DNA of 64,000 nucleotides from an uncultured Gammaproteobacteria bacterium (GCA_964515785.1 CAZEWH010000002.1:94182-158181), one strand, 5' to 3'. Shown: positions 19,190 through 29,682, numbered from the stretch's first letter. Made by a program: numbers and translations. The notes: generated by a model from the sequence alone, not told the origin.

Positions 19190-20296
19190 TTATTTACCTT
19201 CTTTTAAGATATAACGTCCTTTTGAGTCACGGTCAAATAGATCTTTATTCATCAGGGCTAATGTAATAGTAGTTTCTTTAATAAGGCGTTTTTTGAGGAC
19301 AGTATCGATGATTTCTTTTTTGGACATTGCTTTATTTGCTTCCTTTAAAATATCGACAATAACTTCAGTAACGACACCTGGTTTATATCCCCAATCTTTG
19401 AGGGCATAAATACCGCGGCCAACCAATACATATTTTTTATCGAGAATTAATTCGTTATGAATAGTTGCTGGATAAGCTTGGCGATGATCAAATTTCATCT
19501 TATTGATAGTATCAGCAATCTCAGTAAAGTGCATTGGTTTATTTTCTTTTTGTAAAACTACGTAGATCTTGTCATTCATACGCTTTGGAGTAATAGCTGA
19601 CCAGTTGGTCAAACCCCATTCATCATATGGATTGGCTTTTAGCTTTTTGGTAATAAAGATAAAGTTGACAACAACTTTATCAGTAAGATCAGTACTAACT
19701 TTATAAAAGTCAGATGCTTGAATTTTAGTCAATAGATCGTCTAAAGAAATTGGTTCACCATGATTATCAATCAATGAACTAACATTGTCGATTGTTTTAC
19801 TAAAGAAATCTTCTGATGCTTCTGGAGTTTTCCAAAAATTGTTGATATCTTTGTTTTCTTTAACAAAATAGAAACGATGTTTCAATAATTCATTGAGAAT
19901 AAAGCGAATAGCTGCTCTATTATCTTGACTATCACCAGGCATCATCAATAGTTCACGGGTTAGATTGTCTTCTGACATCATGCCACCATGTTCTGATAAA
20001 ATACCATTTGTAATATCTTCAATCTGTTTTAAATAAGTTTGATCAAAGTTTTTGTTGATTTTCTTGAGTGAGCTATTTTCGATTTGTCTGACTCTTTCTC
20101 TAGTAACATTATATTTTTTACCAATATCTTCTAGAGTTCGCTTTTCTGAACCAGCTAAACCATGACGCATCTTGATGATTTCTTGCTCACGTTCAGACAA
20201 AGCATCCAAAATGCTAATCAAAATACTATGCGGGTTAAAATCCGCCAAATTTTCGGCATGTTTGGAGCTGATTACTTGGTCTAGAATTGAACTCAT
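19190..20296 (-). CDS. Sigma70 region-4 HTH fused to winged-helix (HARE-HTH/RpoE-like) domains
   Basis: [36 protein letters not shown]; C-terminal [26 protein letters not shown]; no sigma region 2 seen. Confidence 0.8.
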   Translation of the reverse strand: MSSILDQVISSKHAENLADFNPHSILISILDALSEREQEIIKMRHGLAGSEKRTLEDIGKKYNVTRERVRQIENSSLKKINKNFDQTYLKQIEDITNGILSEHGGMMSEDNLTRELLMMPGDSQDNRAAIRFILNELLKHRFYFVKENKDINNFWKTPEASEDFFSKTIDNVSSLIDNHGEPISLDDLLTKIQASDFYKVSTDLTDKVVVNFIFITKKLKANPYDEWGLTNWSAITPKRMNDKIYVVLQKENKPMHFTEIADTINKMKFDHRQAYPATIHNELILDKKYVLVGRGIYALKDWGYKPGVVTEVIVDILKEANKAMSKKEIIDTVLKKRLIKETTITLALMNKDLFDRDSKGRYILKEGK

Positions 20297-20352
20297 ATGC
20301 TTGATTTATTAATTAATTCCCTCCTAGAATAACATAAAATTTAAAATAAGTC

Positions 20353-20384
20353 AACCCCCTAGACAATACTTGTCAAGAGGGTTG
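20353..20384. terminator. Inverted repeat downstream of secF, overlapping the next -35
   Basis: AACCCCT-AGACAA/TTGTC-AAGAGGGTT; TTGACT-17-TATTCT on the minus strand at 20326-20354. Confidence 0.5.
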
Positions 20385-20422
20385 TATATTTTAGCTAATA
20401 TTAGCTAATATTTTAGAATAAT

Positions 20423-21307
20423 TTATTTTTTCTTATGCCACATAGATAGTAATGGCGAAGCAATAAAAATAGAAGAATAAGTACCAATCACTACACCCAA
20501 AATCAGTGCCAAAACAAAGTTTTTGATGGTTTCACCACCAAAAATATAGATAGCCAAGAGTACAAAAAGGGTTGTAATTGAGGTATTTAATGATCTGACT
20601 ATAGTTTGATTAACACTAATATTTACAATATCGTCAAATGATTCGTCTTTATTTTTAATCAAATTTTCTCGTGTTCTATCAAAGGTAACAATCGTATCAT
20701 GGATAGAAAAACCCAAAATTGTCAAGAGAGCTGTCACAAACAAACTATCCACCTCTACCCTAAAGAAGTATCCTAAAGCAGCAAAAATACCAGTAATAAT
20801 CAAAATATCATGCACTAAAGCAATGATAGCTGAAATGCCATATTTCCAAGAAGCTACTGGTTTGGATACTTTACGAAAAGCATAAGCAATATAAATCACA
20901 ATAAATAGTAAAACAATGATAATAGATTGGATAGCTTTGGTTTTGAGCTCATTACCAATACTTGGCCCAATGGCTTCAAATCTATTTTCAGTAAGCTCAT
21001 TATCTTCTGTCTGTAATTTACTGAAAATATTTTGATGAGTGTCTTCGTCTATTTCTTCAAAGCGTAAAATATACTCATGTTCACCAGCTGGTTGGATTTT
21101 AAGACTTTCCAATTCAAATTCAGCTAAAGATTGCTCCATAGTATGTAAATCTGGTCTATCAGTGGAGTATGAAACCTCTAACAAACTACCACCGCTAAAA
21201 TCAATACCAAGCCGCAAACCCCAAATAGACAGGGCAACAATAGAAGCAACCATTAATATTCCTGAGCATATAAACCAAATTTTCTTTTTTCCAATAATAT
21301 TATACAT
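20423..21307 (-). CDS. secF: Protein translocase subunit SecF
   Basis: LGIDFSGG, IGPSIG, GFSIHDTIVTFDRTREN, GTYSSIFIA. Confidence 0.97.
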   Translation of the reverse strand: MYNIIGKKKIWFICSGILMVASIVALSIWGLRLGIDFSGGSLLEVSYSTDRPDLHTMEQSLAEFELESLKIQPAGEHEYILRFEEIDEDTHQNIFSKLQTEDNELTENRFEAIGPSIGNELKTKAIQSIIIVLLFIVIYIAYAFRKVSKPVASWKYGISAIIALVHDILIITGIFAALGYFFRVEVDSLFVTALLTILGFSIHDTIVTFDRTRENLIKNKDESFDDIVNISVNQTIVRSLNTSITTLFVLLAIYIFGGETIKNFVLALILGVVIGTYSSIFIASPLLSMWHKKK

Positions 21308-21311
21308 ATAA

Positions 21312-22982
21312 CTATTTATTTTTTATACCAAATAAGCCTAATTTATTTTCTAGTTTTTTATTAACTATCATTCTCAAAAAAGTTCTAGTTACAGTGATTG
21401 CTGAAAACATTGAGATCAAAATACCAATACCCAAAGTAATAGCAAAACCTTTGATAATAGAAGTACCAAACCAGGCTAAGATCAAGCAAGTAATAATAGA
21501 TGAAATATTTGAATCTCGGATTGAAGTCCAAGCTCTTCTAAAACCATTTTCAATAGCAGTATTTAAGCTACGACCGCGATATAGTTCTTCTTTGGTTCTT
21601 TCAAATATCAAAATATTGGCATCAACTGCCATACCAATTGATAATATAAAGCCAGCTACTCCAGCCAAAGTCATGGTCACTGGTACCATTTCAAATAAAG
21701 CTAAAGTAATAACAGCGTAAATAACTAGGGTCAAAACTGCAATAAGTCCAGGTAATCTATAAAATAACAACATAAATAAAGCAGCAGCAATCAAGCCTAT
21801 AATACCAGCTAATAAACTTTTTTGAACTGAAGTTTCACCTAGACTAGCACCAACAGTGGTTTGACTAATTAATTCTATAGGAATAGGTAAAGCACCTAGA
21901 TTTAGGTCATCGACCAAATCTTTGGCACCTTGTAATGTAAAATTACCAGAAATCTGAGCTCGTCCGTCTTTGATTGGTTCTTGGACAACTGGGCTAGAAA
22001 GTAAATTGTCATCCAAAAATATAGCAATTGGTTTACCAACACGATCAGTAGTTAATTGAGCAAACATTTCTTTACCTTCGTCACTAAAATTTAGTAACAC
22101 CAATGGTTCTTGGGTAGTTTGATTAACAGAAAATTGAGCTTGTTTGACATGTTCACCGGTCAGACCTGATGGGATCCAGTTGATATTGTCTAAATCAGCA
22201 TTTAGATTTTTGAATAATATATGAGCAGCATGCACTTCTATTTCACCCTCTTCATTGAGACGTTCTTCAATACGTTTGATAATATGGTAGCCAAATTGAG
22301 ATTCTACAATTTCTGGAGAAATTTCTCCGTCTTTAAGGTCATCAAAAATTGCTTTTTCAAATTCTGGTACAAACATGCCTTTTTTAGCCCAACCCAAGTC
22401 ACCTCCTTCAACAGCTGAAGCTAAATCTTCACTATATTCTGAAGCTAATTGAGCAAAATCTTCACCAGCTAAAGCCCTATCTAATATTTCATTGGCTTTG
22501 GTAATTGTATCTGCGTTAGCATCTTCATCTTCTGGGTCTATTTCCAATGGTTCTCCTTCAATTCTAAAGTCTAGTTGAGGAGTTTCACCTATTCTATTGA
22601 TAGCTTCTTGAGTATCTTTGATACCAGCCAATTCTACAATAATACGATGTTCACCGCCAGAAAAATTGGTTTGGACTACAGGTTCTGAAACACCATAAAA
22701 ATTGACGCGATATTCTATCACATCACGTAAAGCTTCTAAGCGACTATCAATATCAGTCTCTTCTGTGACTGAACTAGTATCAGCTCGATAGACTAGATGA
22801 GTACCACCTTGTAAATCAAGGCCCAAATGAATTTTAAAGTTATTAAACCAGCTTAAATTACCAACTTTAGGGATAACCACCAAAGCAGCAAAAGCTGTCA
22901 AAATAACAATAAAAACAAAGGTTGTGCGAACTTTATTTTTGGTCACTTGTCCTTTGTTTGTTGGATTATTATATTTATTCAT
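21312..22982 (-). CDS. secD: Protein translocase subunit SecD with inserted parvulin-type PPIase domain
   Basis: LGLDLQGG, GMAVDANILIFER; insert FAQLASEYSED..GGDLGW..FVPEFE..ESQFGYHII. Confidence 0.95.
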   Translation of the reverse strand: MNKYNNPTNKGQVTKNKVRTTFVFIVILTAFAALVVIPKVGNLSWFNNFKIHLGLDLQGGTHLVYRADTSSVTEETDIDSRLEALRDVIEYRVNFYGVSEPVVQTNFSGGEHRIIVELAGIKDTQEAINRIGETPQLDFRIEGEPLEIDPEDEDANADTITKANEILDRALAGEDFAQLASEYSEDLASAVEGGDLGWAKKGMFVPEFEKAIFDDLKDGEISPEIVESQFGYHIIKRIEERLNEEGEIEVHAAHILFKNLNADLDNINWIPSGLTGEHVKQAQFSVNQTTQEPLVLLNFSDEGKEMFAQLTTDRVGKPIAIFLDDNLLSSPVVQEPIKDGRAQISGNFTLQGAKDLVDDLNLGALPIPIELISQTTVGASLGETSVQKSLLAGIIGLIAAALFMLLFYRLPGLIAVLTLVIYAVITLALFEMVPVTMTLAGVAGFILSIGMAVDANILIFERTKEELYRGRSLNTAIENGFRRAWTSIRDSNISSIITCLILAWFGTSIIKGFAITLGIGILISMFSAITVTRTFLRMIVNKKLENKLGLFGIKNK

Positions 22983-23004
22983 AATGACAATATTTTAGCA
23001 TATT

Positions 23005-23898
23005 TTAGCATTTTGACAAGTCCTCTACCCATTCTTGTAATAAATCACCAAAATCCATATTTGCAGCTTTTATAGCCTTTGGTAAAAGAGATTTTTTGGT
23101 CATACCAGGGATTGTATTTATTTCTAGAAAATATATTTTATTATTCAAAACTATAAAGTCACTACGACTTATATGTCTACAGCCTATGATATTGTGTATT
23201 TTTATAGCTTGATCTTGTAATTTGTTTGTTAAAGTATTATCAATATCTGCTGGACATATTTCTTCGGCCAATTTTGGATCATATTTACTATCAAAATCAA
23301 AAAAAGTATTTTTTGATTTTATTTCAATAACAGGTAAGGCTTGTGTTTTGTTATTTTGTTCTATGACAACTACTGTAAATTCTTGACCTTGTATATAGTC
23401 TTCTAATAAAATTTGATCGTCATACTTCAATGCTTGGCTAATAGCTTGATCTAATTCTTCTTGATTATTAGCAATGTTTATTCCAATAGAACTACCTCCA
23501 GTCAGAGGCTTGATAATTACTGGTTTTATAAATTTTGTTTGTTTATTTGCTAATTGATAATCTGGAGTAAGTATATTATTTTTAGCAACTAAAATTTTGC
23601 TAAGCACTTTATCCATACCAATAGCATGAGCTTTGACATCAGAAAAAATAAATGGAATTTTTAATGTTTTTAAAAAACCCTGTATTACTCCATCTTCTCC
23701 ACCAGGACCATGAAAAATTGGTATAGATACTGCAAAATTTTTATATTCTTTATAAAAAGCATCAATATTTTTTGGAAAATCAAATATTTTGAGTTCAAAT
23801 TTTGATTTTAATTCTTCAACAACATTTTTAGCAGATAACAAAGCAATCTCTCTTTCTGAACTTGTTCCGCCTGTTAAAATTGCTATTTTGTTTGACAT
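23005..23898 (-). CDS. ddl: D-alanine--D-alanine ligase
   Basis: GGTSSEREIAL, HGPGGEDG, GGSSIG, LEINTIPGMT. Confidence 0.95.
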   Translation of the reverse strand: MSNKIAILTGGTSSEREIALLSAKNVVEELKSKFELKIFDFPKNIDAFYKEYKNFAVSIPIFHGPGGEDGVIQGFLKTLKIPFIFSDVKAHAIGMDKVLSKILVAKNNILTPDYQLANKQTKFIKPVIIKPLTGGSSIGINIANNQEELDQAISQALKYDDQILLEDYIQGQEFTVVVIEQNNKTQALPVIEIKSKNTFFDFDSKYDPKLAEEICPADIDNTLTNKLQDQAIKIHNIIGCRHISRSDFIVLNNKIYFLEINTIPGMTKKSLLPKAIKAANMDFGDLLQEWVEDLSKC

Positions 23899-23899
23899 A

Positions 23900-24658
23900 T
23901 TATTTTTTAATAGCAAAGCTTTGAATAGCAGCACCTAAATGCTTGAATATTTTAGCTATGATTTTGTGTTCAAAACTCAATATATTAGCAAATCTATGAA
24001 AATAATCATAAGTATAAAAGCTTTTTACTTCAAAACCAGCTTGGGTTATTTGTTGTTTTAATCTACTTGGACTATAGCTTTCAGCTTCAGGTTCCATTAA
24101 TTCATCAGGAATATTTTGTTTAGCTTTGAATAAGTCAGCAATTTTTATAAAAATTCTACTCAAAGCCCAAAGATAAAAAAATGGATTGTAAAATTTGAGA
24201 TAATTTTTATTTGGCTCACCTAGCAAAACAAAAAGCCCACCAGATTTTAAAACCCGATAAGCCTCTTTGAGTGTCTCCTCTACTGCAAAAAAATGATGAA
24301 GAGAACCGTTTATGATTATTAAATCAAAATAATTGTCTTGATATGGCAAATCTGTAACTTCTGCTTGACTTAGTTTGAGTTTAGGATATTTTTTCTTGGC
24401 AATTTTTAAAACTTCTGTAGATACATCAACACCATACACCTGATCAGAAATTTGTAATAAGCTATTACTAAGCCTGCCAGTACCACAGCCAAGATCTAAA
24501 GTTTTATGGATTTTATTGTTAGCAACAAATTTTTTGAGATTTGCAAAATTCCAAGCATCAATAATCTTGGCACTTTTTGTTTCTATGTGCCATTTGTCGT
24601 ATTCTTTGGCTGTTTTGTTATAGTATTCTTTTTGCTCTTGAGTTTTTTGTTTATTCAT
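23900..24658 (-). CDS. Class I SAM-dependent methyltransferase
   Basis: LDLGCGTG, LPYQDNYFD, YRVLKSGG. Confidence 0.92.
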   Translation of the reverse strand: MNKQKTQEQKEYYNKTAKEYDKWHIETKSAKIIDAWNFANLKKFVANNKIHKTLDLGCGTGRLSNSLLQISDQVYGVDVSTEVLKIAKKKYPKLKLSQAEVTDLPYQDNYFDLIIINGSLHHFFAVEETLKEAYRVLKSGGLFVLLGEPNKNYLKFYNPFFYLWALSRIFIKIADLFKAKQNIPDELMEPEAESYSPSRLKQQITQAGFEVKSFYTYDYFHRFANILSFEHKIIAKIFKHLGAAIQSFAIKK

Positions 24659-26771
24659 CTAATAAATCAAGATTATTAACTTCAGTCCAATCTTCTTCAT
24701 TAAGGACAGTAATAGCATCTTCGGCTAAGATATAAAAATAATCATCAATATATAAAGCTCGTTTTACTTCGTAGTCAGCAATAGCTTTGGTCAAAGAAAT
24801 TTTATTGCCAGTATAAGAAAAGATATATCCACCTTGATAAGCTGGCAAGAAAAATACCTTATGTTTGTCGTCTAATAAAAACGCATGATGATTGTGTAAA
24901 GCTTCAGAACCATATTCATCAAGCATATATTTATCTATTTCTTTGGGGTTGTTAGGATCAGACACATCAAACAAAGATAATTTGACTTGCCTATCTTCCA
25001 TACCAACACCCAAAATAGTATCCTCATCTATAGGATGTAAATAAGAAGAATATCCAGGAATTTTTAGTTCACCTGACATATGGGGTGATTTTGGATTGGA
25101 TAAATCCAAAACATAAAATGGGTCAATCTGCCTAAAAGTGACCAAATATCCTTTTTCACCAATAAAGCGAGCTGAGTATATACGTTCTGTGACGCCTAAA
25201 TCCAAAATAGATCCTTTTATTTTCAAATCTTTATCTAAAACATAAACATCATTAGATGTTTCACTATTTGTACCAAAACCAGCAAACCAACGACCGCCAA
25301 CAGTAGTAGCTATTCGTAGATGATTATCATATTCATCTAGAGAAAATTGATTAAGTGGTACTCCAGGTACTGAGCCGTTGCTTTTGATATTTAGATCTTT
25401 AATAGCAATTTTTACAATATTTGTTTGTTCAAGATTACGTTTATTATTTTTATAATAATCATCCATTCGATTTTCCATTTCATTTTCTACCCACAGAGCT
25501 TCATCAGAATCCAAACTTTCGCTCCATTCCATGATGATTGTCTGAAATTCAGTCATTTTAGCATTGGAGCTAATGTCATAAGATTTTAGTTTTTTGAGAC
25601 GAGTTATGACTTCTGGACCAAAAATATCATCAGCCTCTTCTGTAATAAAGTCAAAAATAAAAGTAAAGGTATCAAATGTTCCAGGATAAGTGACATATAA
25701 AGATTCTGGAGACATATAAACAATTGATTGAGAAGTGCTGCCCACAAAACTAATTTGATCATCTATAGTGCCAGAATCTATATCAATCTTGAATACAGAA
25801 TAAGTAGCTGAAGCATCAGTTGGAGTAATTGGATGATAAATATCAGAACAAGCAATTTCTAGAATTTTTTCACCAACAACTAAAGGTCTAAGAGGGCACG
25901 GTGTGTGTCTATTTGTATATTTACGAGCAATGATATAAAGATTGTCACCATATTGACGAGCAGTTTGTAGATAATGATCATCATCTAGTTTAATATTCCA
26001 TTTTTCTGCAGCAGTATTTTTGTCATAAGCATAGATAACTTGATCTCCGCTTTGAGTCAAAACCAGCAAAGTATCGTCTTTGAGTAATAGATTGCCGGCA
26101 TGATCTATTTTATCAACAATTTCTAAATCAGATGGCGGCCAGGCAGTAATTAAGTCAGTTTTACTATCATAAGTTGGTGGGGCTATTTCTTTACCACTAA
26201 TTGGCATGGGTTCTTCAATAAATACATCATCACGACCATAATAATATCTAGATTCATGAGAAAAATAAATAGTTTGTCCATCTGTTTTGACAATATCTGG
26301 TTCGTCTATACCCATAACCTGAACATTGGTTTGAGAATATCTATCAGGTGTAGCACCTCCACCACCCATACCAGTACTTTTTTCAGCTATAGCCATATCA
26401 TCCATACCAAAACTAACATCAGAACGCATCATCTGTGGAGCATAGGCTAGAGATTCTTCGCTAAGTTCTAAATATGCTTTAAAATCTTCTTCTGAATTAA
26501 ACTTTACCAAATCTGTTTGATTATTATTAGTTTGAAAAAGCGGTGGAACTTGAATATCACTAATAGGTGTTTCATGGCTATTAGCAAATAAGAAAACCAA
26601 GACAACAGCCATAACAAGAACTAATAATAATGTTCCTAATTGAGTGTTACCAAAACGTTTTTTGGCTTTAATCTTAACTTTGACTTTAACAGGTTTCTCG
26701 CCTGTTTTCTTTACAGAAGAGCGAGTAGGTTTAGTAACTTTTTTGACTACTTTCTTTTTAGTTGTAGGCAT
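24651..26771 (-). CDS. Membrane-anchored beta-propeller domain protein (Beta_propel family)
   Basis: YSQTNVQVMGIDEPDIVKTDG, LNQFSLDE, ERIYSARF, ELKIPGYSSYLHP. Confidence 0.88.
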   Translation of the reverse strand: MPTTKKKVVKKVTKPTRSSVKKTGEKPVKVKVKIKAKKRFGNTQLGTLLLVLVMAVVLVFLFANSHETPISDIQVPPLFQTNNNQTDLVKFNSEEDFKAYLELSEESLAYAPQMMRSDVSFGMDDMAIAEKSTGMGGGGATPDRYSQTNVQVMGIDEPDIVKTDGQTIYFSHESRYYYGRDDVFIEEPMPISGKEIAPPTYDSKTDLITAWPPSDLEIVDKIDHAGNLLLKDDTLLVLTQSGDQVIYAYDKNTAAEKWNIKLDDDHYLQTARQYGDNLYIIARKYTNRHTPCPLRPLVVGEKILEIACSDIYHPITPTDASATYSVFKIDIDSGTIDDQISFVGSTSQSIVYMSPESLYVTYPGTFDTFTFIFDFITEEADDIFGPEVITRLKKLKSYDISSNAKMTEFQTIIMEWSESLDSDEALWVENEMENRMDDYYKNNKRNLEQTNIVKIAIKDLNIKSNGSVPGVPLNQFSLDEYDNHLRIATTVGGRWFAGFGTNSETSNDVYVLDKDLKIKGSILDLGVTERIYSARFIGEKGYLVTFRQIDPFYVLDLSNPKSPHMSGELKIPGYSSYLHPIDEDTILGVGMEDRQVKLSLFDVSDPNNPKEIDKYMLDEYGSEALHNHHAFLLDDKHKVFFLPAYQGGYIFSYTGNKISLTKAIADYEVKRALYIDDYFYILAEDAITVLNEEDWTEVNNLDLLDE

Positions 26772-26935
26772 ATTTTTGTTTTAATATTTATAATTTTTTA
26801 TAATTGCATTATAACATAATTATTAAGCCAAAACCACATTGTTCTTAATATTGACAAATATTGACAAATATCCTAAGATTGGCTGTCGAGTTGGAACTCG
26901 AATTTTTGTCCTTTTTCAAAGAAAGAGAGAAAAAC

Positions 26936-27430
26936 ATGCAAAACAATAGAATGGAAGTTGGTATGAGTCCTCGTGGCTTTATAAACACTGCAGTCATGGC
27001 TGTCTTCATGGTTCTCAGTTTTTGGGGAAGCATGTTGCTAGTTTTGATGTGGCCGATTGCTCTTGTTTTTGGCCTGGTGGTTGGTGTAGCTAGCCAGAAA
27101 AGACCTGCTATTGCTTGGCCTTGGTCTGGTATCTTGTCAGCCGCGCTTGGCATTTGGCTCGGTGGATTATTGATCTGGCTGGCAATTGGTACTGGTGTAC
27201 ACACTTCTTTTCGCATCAATGCCTTTTGGCTGAGTTTGATCTTGAATTCAGTTAGTCCCCTGCTTTTTATCACAGGAGCAGTCCTGTCTACTTTGATCTA
27301 CTGGTGGAAGAATCGCTCCCGAGCCAATCAAGCACCGCCGAATAATCCAGATCAGCTGGGTCGCAATCTTAGCCAGCCTAAGACTGGCAATAAACCGCCA
27401 ATTTTCAAGCAACTCAAAACCGAAGCATAA
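26936..27430 (+). CDS. Orphan multi-pass membrane protein (cassette-type gene)
   Basis: TTGACA(26851)-17-TAAGAT; GTCCTTTT leader; purine-rich RBS; terminator at 27417-27446. Confidence 0.75.
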   Translation: MQNNRMEVGMSPRGFINTAVMAVFMVLSFWGSMLLVLMWPIALVFGLVVGVASQKRPAIAWPWSGILSAALGIWLGGLLIWLAIGTGVHTSFRINAFWLSLILNSVSPLLFITGAVLSTLIYWWKNRSRANQAPPNNPDQLGRNLSQPKTGNKPPIFKQLKTEA

Positions 27431-27461
27431 TGCTTCGGTTTTTTTATTTATCTTAAATTAT

Positions 27462-27962
27462 TTAAAACTTAATTGGCACAATCAAGCTATCAGCGTTTTC
27501 AGGAAGTTCTGATGGATTGTCCTTTTCTAAAATAAGCATGCCAAAGTCATTATCTGTATCATCAAACTCTATAGTAGCACTAAAAGGCACAAATTCTTCA
27601 GTCATCCAATCACTCTCAGTGGTGGCATATGATTCTACCAAAATATTACCACCTTGCGAACCGATCAAAACAACAGGAAAGTCTCCTTCAAAAAACCAAT
27701 ATCCTCTAGCTTCGCCTGTAATAGTCAAAGGACTAGTGATTCTTTCATTAGGACTTGGCGAATCAATACGAATCAAATCATTTTTTTCCAATTCATTACC
27801 AATGTTTTCTACAAAAATATTATCATCTTCATCTTGACTTGGTTCTTTTATTGGTTCTTCTATTTGATTATCAACCTTAGTATCTTCTTCAACAACATTT
27901 AGATTAGTTGAAATCAACCAAATAGCGGCAATAACAATTACTAAAATAATAATATTTTTCAT
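27462..27962 (-). CDS. Gmad2-like immunoglobulin-domain exported protein
   Basis: ITSPLTITGEARGYWFFEGDFPV...WMTEEFVPF...KDNPS. Confidence 0.88.
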   Translation of the reverse strand: MKNIIILVIVIAAIWLISTNLNVVEEDTKVDNQIEEPIKEPSQDEDDNIFVENIGNELEKNDLIRIDSPSPNERITSPLTITGEARGYWFFEGDFPVVLIGSQGGNILVESYATTESDWMTEEFVPFSATIEFDDTDNDFGMLILEKDNPSELPENADSLIVPIKF

Positions 27963-27985
27963 ATATTTATATTTAATAATGCATT

Positions 27986-28078
27986 TGGCTCGGGGCGCTG
28001 GACTATTGCCCAGCATCTTAGGTTACGACGCTGACGCGTCGTATTTTTGCAGCTTAAGCCAATTTCACTGCGTTCAAT
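27986..28078 (-). repeat. Element ending in a second copy of a tRNA-Gln-like 3' end
   Basis: Ends GCTGG-GCAATAGT-CCAGC-GCCCCGA-GCCA; shares 11 nt (CCCCGAGCCAA) with the adjacent tRNA end. Confidence 0.6.
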
Positions 28079-28152
28079 TGGCTCGGGGACAGGGGCTCGA
28101 ACCCCGATTCCCAGGACCAGAACCTGGTGTCCTACCATTAGACGATCCCCGA
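28079..28152 (-). tRNA. tRNA-Gln(CTG)
   Basis: Acceptor TCGGGGA/TCCCCGA, anticodon arm CCAGG-TTCTGGT-CCTGG, T-loop TTCGAG, encoded CCA. Confidence 0.97.
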
Positions 28153-28161
28153 AAGAAAATA

Positions 28162-29682
28162 TTATACCATCTCTCCTCCAAAAGTATCCAAAACATCAGA
28201 TACTTCTTTTTCACTCTTGCCTTTAAAGTTTTGATGATTGTCTTTAAAATTTTCGTCAATTTTAAATTCTATCTTAAATTTGTGATGTAATAGTTTTTCA
28301 AAAATTTCTACTAGATGACTTTTAATAGGAGGCTTGTCTAATTGTTCAAGATGAAAATCAAATTCTAAACCAATAATAATTCTGTCGCCATCAACTTCTA
28401 GTGGATGAGAAGTTTTCAAAATCATAGACAGAGAATGATTAAAAGGTTTGGTGTCCTCTACTATTTGAGGCCATTTATTTTTGAGTGTAGCCAAAACTTC
28501 TGTTTTATTTTCTGTATTTTGAGTAAGTGGTGCTGCTGGTGTTTCTGAAATTTTTTCAGTATCTGAAACTGGAGTAATGCTTGGAGATTTTTGTTGTTCT
28601 AATAAATATTCTACACAAGCAAGTTCTAAAGGCAACTGATCTATCATAGATTCTTTGATAGTCAGCTTGTTTAAAATAATATTTAATAATTTTGATAATT
28701 CTTTGAGTGGAAACTCACTAGCATGTTTTTTGATAGAATTTATCAAAGCATCACTAAAATCTAGAGCAAAACTTGGTCCAATTATTTGATACAGCATGAT
28801 TTGTCGCAAATAATCTATCAAATCACTAGTAAAATTTTGTAGATCAATACCTTCGTTTACTAATTTATTTAGTTGATTTAGGGCTGTAGATAGATTATTT
28901 TGTCTTAGAGACTCAACTAGAGCATCTATTTCTTGCCAATTACTACGTGGCAAGACTAGAGAAGCCATTTCTTCTGTCACTTGCCCATGATCAAGTGAGA
29001 TAATCTGACCCAAAAGAGATTCAGCGTCTCTGAGGCAGCCTTCTGAGCGACGAGCAATTTCTGATAAAATATGATCAGGTACAGATGATTTTTCCCATTC
29101 CAATATTTCAGTCAAACGTTTGACTACATCAGCTTGAGGAATTTTTTTGAAATCAAAACGCTGACAACGTGAAATAATTGTTTCTGGAACTTTGTGTATC
29201 TCAGTAGTAGCCAATATAAAAATAACTTGACGAGGCGGTTCTTCTAGAGTTTTGAGAAGTGCATTAAAGGCAGATTTAGATAGCATGTGGACTTCATCTA
29301 TCACAAAGATCTTATAGCCTTTATTATTAAAAGGAGGTACTTGAGCATTGGCAATAATATTTTCCCGGACATTATCTACACCAGTATGAGAAGCAGCATC
29401 TATCTCAATGACATCCATTGTCCGTCCACTAAGTATCAATTCGCAAATTTGGCATTTGTTACAAGGTTCAGATTGCCCTTCTTTTTTATCTAAACAATTT
29501 AAAGAACGGGCAAACAATCTAGCTAGAGTTGTCTTACCCGTACCGCGTGGTCCTACAAATAAATAGGCATGTGATATATTACCGGAGGCGATTTCATTTT
29601 CTAGAGTAACTTTTATCGGTTTTTGGCCGACAACTTCAGCAAAAGTCTTTGGCCGGTATTTACGATAAATGACTTCGGACAT
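28162..29682 (-). CDS. dnaX: DNA polymerase III subunit gamma/tau
   Basis: YRKYRPKTF, GPRGTGKTT, IDEVHML, ALLKTLEEPP, SRCQ. Confidence 0.98.
   Translation of the reverse strand: MSEVIYRKYRPKTFAEVVGQKPIKVTLENEIASGNISHAYLFVGPRGTGKTTLARLFARSLNCLDKKEGQSEPCNKCQICELILSGRTMDVIEIDAASHTGVDNVRENIIANAQVPPFNNKGYKIFVIDEVHMLSKSAFNALLKTLEEPPRQVIFILATTEIHKVPETIISRCQRFDFKKIPQADVVKRLTEILEWEKSSVPDHILSEIARRSEGCLRDAESLLGQIISLDHGQVTEEMASLVLPRSNWQEIDALVESLRQNNLSTALNQLNKLVNEGIDLQNFTSDLIDYLRQIMLYQIIGPSFALDFSDALINSIKKHASEFPLKELSKLLNIILNKLTIKESMIDQLPLELACVEYLLEQQKSPSITPVSDTEKISETPAAPLTQNTENKTEVLATLKNKWPQIVEDTKPFNHSLSMILKTSHPLEVDGDRIIIGLEFDFHLEQLDKPPIKSHLVEIFEKLLHHKFKIEFKIDENFKDNHQNFKGKSEKEVSDVLDTFGGEMV

Noticed and set aside
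20319-20325. AGGAGGG upstream of the sigma-region-4 gene as an SD
   Set aside because: It lies 22 nt from the ATG, too far for a normal SD, so it was not counted in the SD-cassette class.
20388-23015. Short tandem repeats TTAGCTAATA x2 (near 20391) and ATTTTAGCAT x2 (near 22992)
   Set aside because: Two copies each, AT-rich, no spacers; not CRISPR and plausible by chance or slippage.
27979-28290. ORFs overlapping tRNA-Gln
   Set aside because: Spurious frames over the tRNA and the dnaX end.
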